Shown here in pieces: positions 1 through 8,679 of a stretch of 44,082 nucleotides of DNA. Each line of letters starts with the position of its first letter. The first letter of the stretch is position 1. Both the position numbers and the translations under genes were made by a program. The notes under the pieces are model-generated. The model was not told where the DNA came from. It searched no databases and worked only from the letters and a program-made list of their open reading frames with translations. Origin of the DNA: a virus (taxonomy: Duplodnaviria > Caudoviricetes); the IMG/VR virus record IMGVR_UViG_3300002098_000009, positions 1-44,082 of that record. One strand, written 5' to 3'.

Positions 1-66
1 GCAGGCTGAACGTGAATCCCTTGACTCCAAATCTGCCCCAGACCTCGCCGAATGTATGCGAGTATT
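1..66. repeat. 66-bp terminal direct repeat, identical to 44017-44082 (circular assembly overlap)
   Basis: gcaggctgaa...gcgagtatt is identical at both ends, and the helicase reading frame runs through the junction. Confidence 0.95.
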
Positions 67-304
67 CGCCAAGCAAGCCACAACCCTAGGCGGTGCCATT
101 GCATACATTCGTCACATGTTTGCACTTTCCGGCGGCAAGATCAAATTCATGACAGGCCACAAAGCCAAGGGCCTTGAATTTGACCATGTTTACCATCTTG
201 ACTCGGACCTGCTGTCTCTCCACGGCCAAGACCCGAATATCCACTACGTCATCGACACGCGGCCGAAAGAGCGGCTGAGTTATATTCGCACGGAGAACAT
301 GTAA
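1..304 (+). CDS. C-terminal part of UvrD/Rep-like SF1 helicase (continues from 42917)
   Basis: Motif V MTGHKAKGLEFDHVY and motif VI YVIDTRPKERL; in frame with 42917 across the 66-bp overlap. Confidence 0.9.
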   Translation, partial: QAERESLDSKSAPDLAECMRVFAKQATTLGGAIAYIRHMFALSGGKIKFMTGHKAKGLEFDHVYHLDSDLLSLHGQDPNIHYVIDTRPKERLSYIRTENM

Positions 305-633
305 TGGCCCTTTCAGATCAAATCGCTGCATATGAAGATTGCCTCGACCTTTACGAACGCGCCATGTCCGACGGTAAAGGCGCCAGAGTAATGCTTGAAA
401 ATGAAAATCAAGCGCGGTTATTTCAGCTTCGCATGAACCACGCCCGAGTGCTTCTTCGCCAAGATTCCAAACAAATCTATGACAAAATCGATCCACGATA
501 TGGTAAGTCTCAATACGATAAATTCGCTAATAAACTTCGTCAAGACGTCGAAGGCAATTGGTGGGTTTATGTAGAACAAACCATCCAGAACCTTCTCGCC
601 ATTGAAGGTCTTACAGAAATTGAATCCACATGA
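304..633 (+). CDS. hypothetical protein (109 aa)
   Basis: TAATG-coupled to the helicase and ATGA-coupled to the next gene. Confidence 0.75.
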   Translation: MALSDQIAAYEDCLDLYERAMSDGKGARVMLENENQARLFQLRMNHARVLLRQDSKQIYDKIDPRYGKSQYDKFANKLRQDVEGNWWVYVEQTIQNLLAIEGLTEIEST

Positions 634-851
634 AAGATGAAGTAATCCAAAAACTTCTTGACCGTGCTGCCGATGAAGAAATCGGGATCGCGGTCAAAAC
701 CAACAATCCGGGTAACTTACAGCAACTGATTCTCGATTACATAAGAAGAAACCCAAACCCAGATCATCAGAAATTCAACATCGCTATCCCATCAATCCCC
801 GAGCATATCTTCATTGCCCGTAAGACCACAGACCTTAACGAGGATTTCTGA
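630..851 (+). CDS. hypothetical protein (73 aa)
   Basis: ATGA overlap with the upstream ORF; operon context. Confidence 0.7.
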   Translation: MKDEVIQKLLDRAADEEIGIAVKTNNPGNLQQLILDYIRRNPNPDHQKFNIAIPSIPEHIFIARKTTDLNEDF

Positions 852-1096
852 TGTGGTGGTCATCCGTCGACAAGCGAAATATATTAATCCGTGAAATGCA
901 AGTCGCCGGGTACACATACAGATACCTTGCTCAGGTCTGGGGCTTATCAACCGTCAGAATATGGGTGATCTGCAATGACAGAATTCCACCGAACCAACAT
1001 AAATCTCTTCGCAGACGATGTAGCATATCTAACGCGGCGTTATGGAACCGGCTGGACCGAGAGAGTCAGAGAAATGGTCCGCCAACGAGTCCGTAA
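851..1096 (+). CDS. putative helix-turn-helix DNA-binding protein
   Basis: RNILIREMQVAGYTYRYLAQVWGLSTVRIWVIC fits an HTH pattern; GAGG RBS and TGATG coupling; the C-terminus overlaps the next gene. Confidence 0.55.
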   Translation: MWWSSVDKRNILIREMQVAGYTYRYLAQVWGLSTVRIWVICNDRIPPNQHKSLRRRCSISNAALWNRLDRESQRNGPPTSP

Positions 1097-1187
1097 ACTT
1101 AAATCTAACGATCTAGAAGCCGACTCCGAGGACCTGCGTCAGTCGATTATATCTGAATTTGGAGAATATCCCGATGAAACAGATTGA
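975..1187 (+). CDS. putative ribbon-helix-helix-like small DNA-binding protein
   Basis: HRTNINL strand followed by two helices (DDVAYL / WTERVREMVRQRV). Confidence 0.55.
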   Translation: MTEFHRTNINLFADDVAYLTRRYGTGWTERVREMVRQRVRKLKSNDLEADSEDLRQSIISEFGEYPDETD

Positions 1188-1232
1188 AGCTAAATATCGT
1201 AAATTAACTCGGCTCCAACGCATAGGTGCTTC

Positions 1233-1442
1233 ATGAGCAATGACCTCGACGAACTTATGTCACGCGATCCGCTAGAACTATCGTCCCAAGATATCGACGC
1301 AATTATCGACTTTCACCGCAAAGCTCGGGCCCGTCGAGCATCCGGCGAAAAAGTAACCAAGCCCAAGATTGACGTTCAAGAAATCCTATCCAAAACCATG
1401 GCCAAGCCGGTTGATGCTAATCCAATCAAGCGGAGGATATAA
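1233..1442 (+). CDS. hypothetical protein (69 aa) ending in PIKRRI
   Basis: AGGT RBS; TAATG coupling to the nuclease gene. Confidence 0.75.
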   Translation: MSNDLDELMSRDPLELSSQDIDAIIDFHRKARARRASGEKVTKPKIDVQEILSKTMAKPVDANPIKRRI

Positions 1443-2440
1443 TGTCCGATCAAGCCGATCAAACCCTCGACGAAACCCTGCTAACTATAGGTTCAACCTC
1501 TCCATTCTTGCCGGGGACCAATATCCAATTCGCATGGGATTCAACTTCTCTCGGCCTAATTAAAACCTGCCCTCGACTTTATCAATACACCATGGTTGAT
1601 GGTTGGGCCTCAAAAGATACTTCTGTACATCTTCGCTTCGGCATCGAATACCACCAAGCCCTGCAAGAATACGACGTCTCGCGGATGAATGGGGTTCCGC
1701 ATGAAGATGCTATTCATGACGTTATTCGCGAGCTTCTTATTCGGACTGCTGATTGGATTGTTGACGAGTCAACTAAGTCCGGGAGGTATAAGAATCGCCG
1801 GACTTTGCTTGGTCTTGTCATCGACTACCTTGATCATTTTCGCGATGATACTTGCACTACATACATTCGCTCCGACGGCACTCCAGCCGTAGAACTTAGC
1901 TTTCGGTTTGAACTCGACTTTGGTCCTCAAACTGTCGACGGCATATATCAGCAACCCTATATCCTCTCCGGCCATCTTGACCGTGTTGTTTCCTTCAACG
2001 ACCAACTTCTCGTCATGGATCATAAAACCACAACCACAACTCCCGGCCCGTATTACTTCGCGCAATATGAGCCGAACAATCAAATGACTCTTTACACCTA
2101 TGCAGGTCAGATAATCCTTCATACTCCGATCAAAGGCGTCTGTATCTCCGCAGCCCAGATTCTTCTAACTGAGCCTAATCGTTTTGTCCGGGGATTCACC
2201 TATCGCACAGAGGATCAACTCAACGAATGGATGAACGATCTTCAACTGACCCTGCAAATCGCGGAGCAATACGCTCAGATGAATTACTGGCCCATGAACG
2301 ACACGGCCTGCGACAAATTCGGCGGTTGCAAATTCCGCGGCATCTGTTCCAAATCTCCAGACGTCCGGGAAATGTTTCTCAAGACCGATTTTATCAAACA
2401 GGCACCGGAAGATCGGTGGAATCCGTTGAGGTCACGATGA
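1442..2440 (+). CDS. PD-(D/E)XK (Cas4/RecB-like) exonuclease with Fe-S staple cysteines
   Basis: CPR at the N-terminus, VE...GHLDRV...VMDHKT, QMTLY, and C-terminal C..CKFRGIC. Confidence 0.88.
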   Translation: MSDQADQTLDETLLTIGSTSPFLPGTNIQFAWDSTSLGLIKTCPRLYQYTMVDGWASKDTSVHLRFGIEYHQALQEYDVSRMNGVPHEDAIHDVIRELLIRTADWIVDESTKSGRYKNRRTLLGLVIDYLDHFRDDTCTTYIRSDGTPAVELSFRFELDFGPQTVDGIYQQPYILSGHLDRVVSFNDQLLVMDHKTTTTTPGPYYFAQYEPNNQMTLYTYAGQIILHTPIKGVCISAAQILLTEPNRFVRGFTYRTEDQLNEWMNDLQLTLQIAEQYAQMNYWPMNDTACDKFGGCKFRGICSKSPDVREMFLKTDFIKQAPEDRWNPLRSR

Positions 2441-2661
2441 AGGATCATGTTATAGTCCCAACCACCATCGTTAAAATCGAAGAAAAATTTGTCGAGTACA
2501 ACCACCGTAAAGGTCCGCTAGGCCATGAGTGCGATAAAGCTTCCATCGGCTGGTTTGTTCAATTCGACGGATCAACCGAGTCGATTAAACTTTGGGATTC
2601 CGATCCCGGATGGCGGGTTGGTGACAAAGTAGATATTCTCTTTCAAAGGAAACCCAAATGA
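2437..2661 (+). CDS. hypothetical protein (74 aa; start corrected to ATG 2437)
   Basis: ATGA overlaps at both ends; GAGG RBS. Confidence 0.65.
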   Translation: MKDHVIVPTTIVKIEEKFVEYNHRKGPLGHECDKASIGWFVQFDGSTESIKLWDSDPGWRVGDKVDILFQRKPK

Positions 2662-3530
2662 CCTCCCTCGCAAAGCACCAATCCAATTCCTTCACCAAGC
2701 TCCTACTTCTAGGTGATGCTAAATCAGGCAAGACCGGTTCCTTAGTCTCTCTCGTCAAAGCCGGATACAAACTTCGCATCGTTGACCTAGATAACCTGCT
2801 TGATATCCTCAAGTATAAAATCCTCGAAATCTGCCCGGACAAAATCGACAACGTCGAAGTCCGAACCATCCGCGATAAATACAAAGCTTCGCCCGGTGGC
2901 ACGGTCATCGACGGCAAGCCCAAAGCATGGACCGACGTCGAAAAACTTCTAGACAACTGGAAATACACCGATGAAGATGGAACTGAATTTGACCTTGGAA
3001 AACCCGCAGAATGGGGTCCTGATTGCATCCTCGTAATTGACAGTCTCTCACGACTCTGTGACGCCGCTTACGATCATCATGAATCAATCGTTCCGCGAGG
3101 TAAATCTGGCGACTTTGACGGACGAACAGTGTATGGAAATGCTCAAGACGACGTCGAAAAGCTTATTGCAATGGTCACTTCAAAGAACTTTAAAGTAAAC
3201 CTAATCGTCATTGCCCATGGTATTTACCAATCTAATCCAGATGGTACCACCAAAATCTTTCCGCAGGGCGTAGGACAAAAACTCTCGCCGAAAATCCCGC
3301 AGTATTTCCCGAACTATGTTCGATACAAGAACCAAAATGGCAAGCGCACGATTCAACTGGAGTCCGATCCTATGATCGACCTTGCCAATACCAATCCCGG
3401 AAAGCTTAATAAGAGCCTCTCAATTGAAACAGGCCTTGCTGAGTTTTTCGCGGTACTTCGTGACAATCCAATACAGGAGGCGCCTGAACGAGAAAAACCC
3501 AAGTCCCTGACTTTGAAGCGTGTCAACTAA
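2658..3530 (+). CDS. AAA_24/Sak4-like ATPase (single-strand annealing/recombination)
   Basis: Walker A GDAKSGKT, VDLDN, Walker B LVIDSLS, VIAH; lies between an exonuclease and an SSB, the usual Sak4 module. Confidence 0.8.
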   Translation: MTSLAKHQSNSFTKLLLLGDAKSGKTGSLVSLVKAGYKLRIVDLDNLLDILKYKILEICPDKIDNVEVRTIRDKYKASPGGTVIDGKPKAWTDVEKLLDNWKYTDEDGTEFDLGKPAEWGPDCILVIDSLSRLCDAAYDHHESIVPRGKSGDFDGRTVYGNAQDDVEKLIAMVTSKNFKVNLIVIAHGIYQSNPDGTTKIFPQGVGQKLSPKIPQYFPNYVRYKNQNGKRTIQLESDPMIDLANTNPGKLNKSLSIETGLAEFFAVLRDNPIQEAPEREKPKSLTLKRVN

Positions 3531-3540
3531 GGAAACCAAC

Positions 3541-3984
3541 ATGTCCAATCCCAACTTTTCTTCCATCCTCGACGAAGCCCCGACCGAAATTGATCGCCCG
3601 AAGCCGCTCCCGGTTGGAACTTATCTCTGTACCGTCGTTGGATCGCCTGTTTACGACAAATCCACCAAGAAGGGCACCCCGTATGTTCAGTTCACCCTCA
3701 AGCCGATCGCGGCCGAAGATGACATCGACGCCGAAGAACTCGCTGACATGGGTGGGTTCGAGAACAAGACCATCCGCGCGACTTACTACACCACCGAAGA
3801 AGCCATCTATCGCCTCGATGAATTCCACGAGCATTGTGGCATTGATCTGACTGAACCTGCCTCGCGCCGGTCTCGGAATGATGACGTCGTCAATGCTCAG
3901 GTTCGCGCGGTGATCAAGCACCGGACTTCGGATGACGGTACTCAGTTGTATGCTGAGCTTGCTCGGACGCTGGCTGCGGATTGA
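3541..3984 (+). CDS. single-stranded DNA-binding protein (DUF669-like)
   Basis: PLPVGTYLCTV...KSTKKGTPYVQFTL pattern; TAAGGA RBS before ATG 3541; follows the Sak4-like gene. Confidence 0.7.
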   Translation: MSNPNFSSILDEAPTEIDRPKPLPVGTYLCTVVGSPVYDKSTKKGTPYVQFTLKPIAAEDDIDAEELADMGGFENKTIRATYYTTEEAIYRLDEFHEHCGIDLTEPASRRSRNDDVVNAQVRAVIKHRTSDDGTQLYAELARTLAAD

Positions 3985-3991
3985 TCTAACT

Positions 3992-4019
3992 TTGGGAGGG
4001 AGCTTCGGTTCCCTCCCAA
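3992..4019. terminator. stable hairpin with cUUCGg tetraloop (terminator or mRNA stabiliser)
   Basis: TTGGGAGGGAGC-TTCG-GTTCCCTCCCAA directly after the SSB stop; no U-tract on the + strand. Confidence 0.6.
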
Positions 4020-4035
4020 TCACAGGAGAAATCTT

Positions 4036-4326
4036 ATGGACGATGTTATGACACAAATCGAAACCGACATTGCTCAATTACTTAATACTCGCGGTCGAAC
4101 TCATGGCGATTATGCAAAGCATGCAGATATAACACAACAAATAAAACTTTCTATGCAAGTAAATGCGTCTAAAATTTGGACTGAATACTCAGCAATGCAG
4201 CGTGAATCACTTGAAATGATCGCTCATAAAATCGGACGCATACTTGCGGGCGATCCAGATTTTCGTGATCATTGGGATGATATTGCCGGGTACGCAAAAC
4301 TTGTAGCAGACCGGTGTACTAAATGA
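4036..4326 (+). CDS. DUF6378-like small phage protein
   Basis: LNTRGRTHGDY...KIGRILAGDPDFRDHWDDIAGYA signature; AGGAG RBS. Confidence 0.75.
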   Translation: MDDVMTQIETDIAQLLNTRGRTHGDYAKHADITQQIKLSMQVNASKIWTEYSAMQRESLEMIAHKIGRILAGDPDFRDHWDDIAGYAKLVADRCTK

Positions 4327-5417
4327 AACCAATCTTTCTCTTAGGCGATAACCGCGGCGAAACCGAGGACAAGCTCAACCTAGACTTTGTGTCTACCGCA
4401 GGTGCTGAACTTATTCGTATGCTTGGCGAGGCCGGGATTCTATCTCTGACTTCTTTCGATCGCGATTATATCCACCGATACTACACCACCAATGATCCCA
4501 GATGCCTAGCCGCAATCTGGGCCCTGCATCCCGAAGTCTACCGAACCAACGTATTCAAAATCAAAGCCCGCGACCTTGAGTTCTTCTGTGGACCCAAAGC
4601 CGAAGGCATCCCCGGATATCCTGCTTTGATCAAATCCAAATATGTCCGGCAGGAATTTGAACCTGAACTCGAAAGGCTCTGCCATGAAATCCTTTCAGTT
4701 GATCCCAATATTATTATTTGCTTTGGTAATCTCGCTTGCTGGGCTCTTAGCGGCGCCACAGGGATTACTAAAGTTCGTGGAACAACATCGCTTTCAACTA
4801 GAACTGTGCTTGACTATAAGCTCCTTCCTACTTATCATCCTTCTGCTGTTCTAAGACAATGGGAGCTCCGTCCAACTATCGTCGCCGATTTAATGAAAGC
4901 TAAAAGGGAGTCTGAATATGGAGAAATTCGAAGACCAATCCGAGAAGTCTGGATTGAACCAACACTCGATGACATTCAATCCTTCATTGAACAACACATT
5001 AACGGCTGCGACTTATTGTCTGTCGATATTGAGACAAGCGGATCACGGATTACTTGCATTGGATTTGCTCCAACCCCACGAATTGCTATCGTTATTCCGT
5101 TCGATGACTGGCGCGCAACAAACGGAAATTATTGGCCGACTAGAGAGGCTGAGCAAAAATGCTGGCGCCTTATCAGGAGAATTCTCGCTGATCCAAGCAG
5201 CCGAAAATTATTCCAAAACGGAGCCTATGATATCGCGTTTCTCTGGCGAGCCTACGGAATAAAAACCATCAATGCCGCCGAGGATACAATGCTTCTATCT
5301 CATGCATTGCAGCCGGAGTCTAAAAAAGGTCTTGGGTACCTTGGCAGCATCTATTCCGACGAAGGCAGCTGGAAACATATGAGGAAGAAAGATGAAACAA
5401 TCAAGAGGGATGCATGA
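4323..5417 (+). CDS. uracil-DNA-glycosylase-like domain fused to 3'-5' exonuclease (N-terminal half of split DNA polymerase)
   Basis: Family-4 UDG-like TNVFK, DPNIIICFG and PTYHPSAVLR; Exo I VDIETS, Exo II QNGAYD, EDTMLLSH. Confidence 0.85.
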   Translation: MKPIFLLGDNRGETEDKLNLDFVSTAGAELIRMLGEAGILSLTSFDRDYIHRYYTTNDPRCLAAIWALHPEVYRTNVFKIKARDLEFFCGPKAEGIPGYPALIKSKYVRQEFEPELERLCHEILSVDPNIIICFGNLACWALSGATGITKVRGTTSLSTRTVLDYKLLPTYHPSAVLRQWELRPTIVADLMKAKRESEYGEIRRPIREVWIEPTLDDIQSFIEQHINGCDLLSVDIETSGSRITCIGFAPTPRIAIVIPFDDWRATNGNYWPTREAEQKCWRLIRRILADPSSRKLFQNGAYDIAFLWRAYGIKTINAAEDTMLLSHALQPESKKGLGYLGSIYSDEGSWKHMRKKDETIKRDA

Positions 5418-5470
5418 TGACTACTGAAACAATGAAATGTATAATTGAAGACTGTGAAAAAGAAAGCTGA
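5414..5470 (+). pseudogene. 18-codon remnant resembling the N-terminus of an HNH homing endonuclease
   Basis: MMTTETMKCIIEDCEKES*; CxxxxCxK zinc-finger start; AT-rich; ATGA-coupled to the upstream gene. Confidence 0.35.
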
Positions 5471-5475
5471 TAAGA

Positions 5476-6975
5476 ATGAAGATAATCAAAACACATGAGA
5501 TGGAGCCAAGCTTACTGTCGGATTTTGAAAGGGATATGGTTTATAACGGCCTCGACGTTTGTGTAACCCGCGATGTGTTCGACGCCCTCCATCCGCAACT
5601 CGACAACCACACCACACCGATTTACAACTTCTCTAAATCCCTCCAAGCTCCAACACTTGAAATGCGCTGTCGCGGCGTCCTCATCGACGAAATCCGCAAA
5701 TCCGAGGTCATAGATGAATATTATGAAAAGATGGAAATCGTTGAAGCAAACCTTAACCGGATTGTTTTCGACGGCATCGGAATGTCACATTTCAATTGGC
5801 GCTCCCCAGCCGATCAGCAACGATTGTTTTACGGAGAACTCGGTCTACCACCGATACGCAAATCAGGACGTCCTACAACGGATCGCGGCGCCAGAGAACG
5901 ACTTGCAGTATATCCAACAGCACAATCAATCGTCGCCCATATCAACGTTCTCGCCGACCTCGGAAAGAAAATCTCCGTTCTTAAAACCGACATTGATCCA
6001 GACGGAAGAATTAGGACAAGCTATAACATTGCTGGAACCAATACTGGCCGATTCTCGTCATCATTATCTGATTTCGGAACCGGAGGAAATCTCCAAAACA
6101 TTGAAGAATTACTAAGATCAATCTATATCTCTGATCCCGGAATGAAGTTCGTCAAGTGCGATGCCAAGTCCGGTGAATCATTCTGTGTCGGCGCAATCGA
6201 ATGGAACCTTTTCCAAGACGGGAGATTTCTTGATGCCTGTGAATCTGGTGACCCTCACACAGCAGTTGCAAGAATTTGCTGGCCTAAGCTTGGCTGGACC
6301 GGCGACCTCAAGCGGGATAAAGATATCGCAGAACGACCTTACTACCGATCTTACTCTTACCGTTTCATGTGCAAGAAACTCGGTCATGGTTCCAACTACG
6401 GTGGTCGACCCGAAACACTTGCCAACCAATCCAAACTTGATATCTCCGTTGTCAGAGACTTTCAACCAAAGTACTTCGCCGCTTTTCCAAGCCATCAGCT
6501 GTGGCAAAAACACGTTGACGATACACTTAGAAAATTTGGATACCTTGTTTCGCTCACTGGACGTAAAAGATGGTTTTTCGGGCGACGTAATGATCCATCT
6601 ACCCTCCGGGAGGCAATTGCTTTTGACCCTCAATGCAGTCTTGCAGACATTGTAAATACCGCGATGGTAAATATCTGGCGTAAAGGTCTGGCAATTATAT
6701 CTATGCATGACCATGACGCATTGACGTTTATGTACCCAGAAAAAGACGAGGATCGGATTATTCCGCTGCTCATGGAAAATCTAGTTGTTCCGGTTCAACT
6801 TAATAATGGCCGAGTTCTTCGCATACCTTACGATTGCCAGACAGGGTGGAATAAAGGCAAATATGATGAACGCAAAAATCCAAACGGGCTCAAAGAATAC
6901 TTCGGCCATGATGAACGGAAGCGGCAAAAGACGGCTGGAGTCATGGATAGAATCATTTATCGAGCAAACAAGTAA
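5476..6975 (+). CDS. family A DNA polymerase, polymerase half
   Basis: GTNTGRFSS, NLQNI, motif A DAKSGE, motif B RFMCKKLGHGSNYG, motif C HDHDA; Exo III YNGLD near the N-terminus. Confidence 0.93.
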   Translation: MKIIKTHEMEPSLLSDFERDMVYNGLDVCVTRDVFDALHPQLDNHTTPIYNFSKSLQAPTLEMRCRGVLIDEIRKSEVIDEYYEKMEIVEANLNRIVFDGIGMSHFNWRSPADQQRLFYGELGLPPIRKSGRPTTDRGARERLAVYPTAQSIVAHINVLADLGKKISVLKTDIDPDGRIRTSYNIAGTNTGRFSSSLSDFGTGGNLQNIEELLRSIYISDPGMKFVKCDAKSGESFCVGAIEWNLFQDGRFLDACESGDPHTAVARICWPKLGWTGDLKRDKDIAERPYYRSYSYRFMCKKLGHGSNYGGRPETLANQSKLDISVVRDFQPKYFAAFPSHQLWQKHVDDTLRKFGYLVSLTGRKRWFFGRRNDPSTLREAIAFDPQCSLADIVNTAMVNIWRKGLAIISMHDHDALTFMYPEKDEDRIIPLLMENLVVPVQLNNGRVLRIPYDCQTGWNKGKYDERKNPNGLKEYFGHDERKRQKTAGVMDRIIYRANK

Positions 6976-8110
6976 TCTTCATTCGCCCGTTATATTTCGT
7001 AAATGGGTTGCGATCACTACCATTGCGGCGGCGCTAGAACAGAAAGTTTGGGTTAAAACTTCGCGTCCGCTTTACCCAAACATTTTTGTTTTCATCGTCG
7101 GCCATCCGGGTGTTGGTAAAACTCGAACCATGCGCGAAGGCCGGGCATATCTAGAACCGCTTCCCGAGTTCCATCTTGCCCCAATATCCATGACTTTCGC
7201 CAGCCTTGTTGATTCTCTTACCGCAGCCAAACGAACCATAATCCATCCGCCAAATGATCCGCTGGAATACAATTCCATGTATATTTGCGCTGACGAACTT
7301 GGCGCTTTCATCCACAAATACGACAACGAGATGATTGATGGATTATCAGCTTTCTATGATCCTGATCCATACCAGCAGGTTCGCCGAACTTCTGAACTTA
7401 AAATTAAAATCAAATCTCCGCAGCTTAATATTCTGTGCGGTACAACCCCACAAAATCTGTCCGACCTTATGCCCGAAAAAGCATGGGGTCAAGGATTTAC
7501 GTCTCGACTGATCATGGTGTTTTCTGATGAACGAATTATCGGCGATGATTTTGCACCAACTGAGGCCCGCCGATCTGATGACCTTGAGCATGACATTAAC
7601 ATCATCAATGGTCTTATTGGCGGTTTTGAAGTCACAGAAGCTTACCGCGAATGTGTCAATAATTGGCGCGCTCTTGGTGAACCTGATACACCAACTCACC
7701 CTAAATTACTCCATTACAATACCCGGCGTCGAACACACCTATACAAACTTTCAATGATATCCGCAATTGACCGATCCAATTCCCTGATCCTAACCCGCGA
7801 TGATTTCAACCGCGCCCTCGGCTGGATGCTTGAAGCCGAAACAACAATGCCCGAAATCTTCAAAGCTGGTGCCACTAATGCTGATGGCCAAGCTATGGAA
7901 GAAATGCTTTACTTCATTAAAATCAATGATCGCGGCCACGGTGTCTCCGAACAAAAACTTACCCGCTTCGCCTCCGATCGAATACCAATCCACTCAGTTT
8001 TCCGAGCGATTGATCTGATGGAACGAAGCGGGCAAATATATGTTTTAGGGACTGATAAAATAACTAAGCTCAGATACTTCTCAGCGGCAAAGCCAGACTC
8101 ACTTCAATAG
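6908..8110 (+). CDS. DUF3987/YfjI-like P-loop ATPase (putative replicative helicase-like protein)
   Basis: Walker A GHPGVGKT, Walker B ICADE, GFTSRLI (Arg finger), C-terminal winged-helix-like segment; start uncertain (6908 preferred over 6785). Confidence 0.7.
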   Translation: MMNGSGKRRLESWIESFIEQTSNLHSPVIFRKWVAITTIAAALEQKVWVKTSRPLYPNIFVFIVGHPGVGKTRTMREGRAYLEPLPEFHLAPISMTFASLVDSLTAAKRTIIHPPNDPLEYNSMYICADELGAFIHKYDNEMIDGLSAFYDPDPYQQVRRTSELKIKIKSPQLNILCGTTPQNLSDLMPEKAWGQGFTSRLIMVFSDERIIGDDFAPTEARRSDDLEHDINIINGLIGGFEVTEAYRECVNNWRALGEPDTPTHPKLLHYNTRRRTHLYKLSMISAIDRSNSLILTRDDFNRALGWMLEAETTMPEIFKAGATNADGQAMEEMLYFIKINDRGHGVSEQKLTRFASDRIPIHSVFRAIDLMERSGQIYVLGTDKITKLRYFSAAKPDSLQ

Positions 8111-8365
8111 ATGCCGAACCAAATCACCCAGCCCAGCAATCCAACCAAGAAGCAACGCAATGACAGCCAAAAGAATCTTCGCGCCTTTTGCTTGGTTTAA
8201 CAAATTCGTGAAATTATCAACCGACTCTTTTATCTCTTTGATATCGGCTTTCAATTCACGAATCTCTTTGTCAACCTGATCGAATCTCAATTGAACCTCG
8301 CGTCGATGACTTTGATTTTCGCTTTCTAGCGCTGTAATACGTTCACCCGCAGGCCTGTCATTCAT
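8099..8365 (-). CDS. coiled-coil protein with C-terminal TM helix (XhlA/holin- or spanin-like)
   Basis: Heptad N-terminus followed by ILLAVIALLLGWIAGL; last gene of the lysis cluster. Confidence 0.7.
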   Translation of the reverse strand: MNDRPAGERITALESENQSHRREVQLRFDQVDKEIRELKADIKEIKESVDNFTNLLNQAKGAKILLAVIALLLGWIAGLGDLVRHLLK

Positions 8366-8380
8366 ATCAACCCCCGAATA

Positions 8381-8414
8381 AATTCCCCGGAGATTAATTT
8401 CTCCGGGGATTTTT
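8381..8414. terminator. bidirectional intrinsic terminator at the convergence of the two arms
   Basis: TCCCCGGAGA-TTAATT-TCTCCGGGGA followed by TTTTT, with an A/T-rich flank on the other side. Confidence 0.8.
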
Positions 8415-8415
8415 A

Positions 8416-8679
8416 TTAGCTGCTCTTCAAGGCAGAAGCACAGATGACCGCAGTCGCCGCGTCAATCTTGGTGAGCATGGTATTGGTGTTTTGGGACTTA
8501 TCAAAAATCCCAATCAACTTCGTGGTGGTAGGTTCAAAGACGCAATAAATGTTGGTCGTTGCCTGCACCACCTGCTTGCCCAGAGCAATCTCTGCTTGAA
8601 GATTTGCCTGCTGGGTGGGAGTTAGATCGTAGAAACAACCACCAAGGGCCAATGGCAAGGCCAGAATAAATTTCTTCAT
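8416..8679 (-). CDS. lipoprotein, putative outer-membrane spanin
   Basis: MKKFILALPLALGG-C lipobox; lies in the lysis cassette. Confidence 0.7.
   Translation of the reverse strand: MKKFILALPLALGGCFYDLTPTQQANLQAEIALGKQVVQATTNIYCVFEPTTTKLIGIFDKSQNTNTMLTKIDAATAVICASALKSS

Noticed and set aside
1174-1236. 20-codon ORF MKQIEAKYRKLTRLQRIGAS bridging two genes
   Set aside because: It has a GGAG RBS and ATGA coupling but is too short to support; possibly a gene remnant
1442-2440. Cas4 as part of a CRISPR system
   Set aside because: No array or other cas genes; it sits in a standard nuclease-Sak4-SSB recombination module
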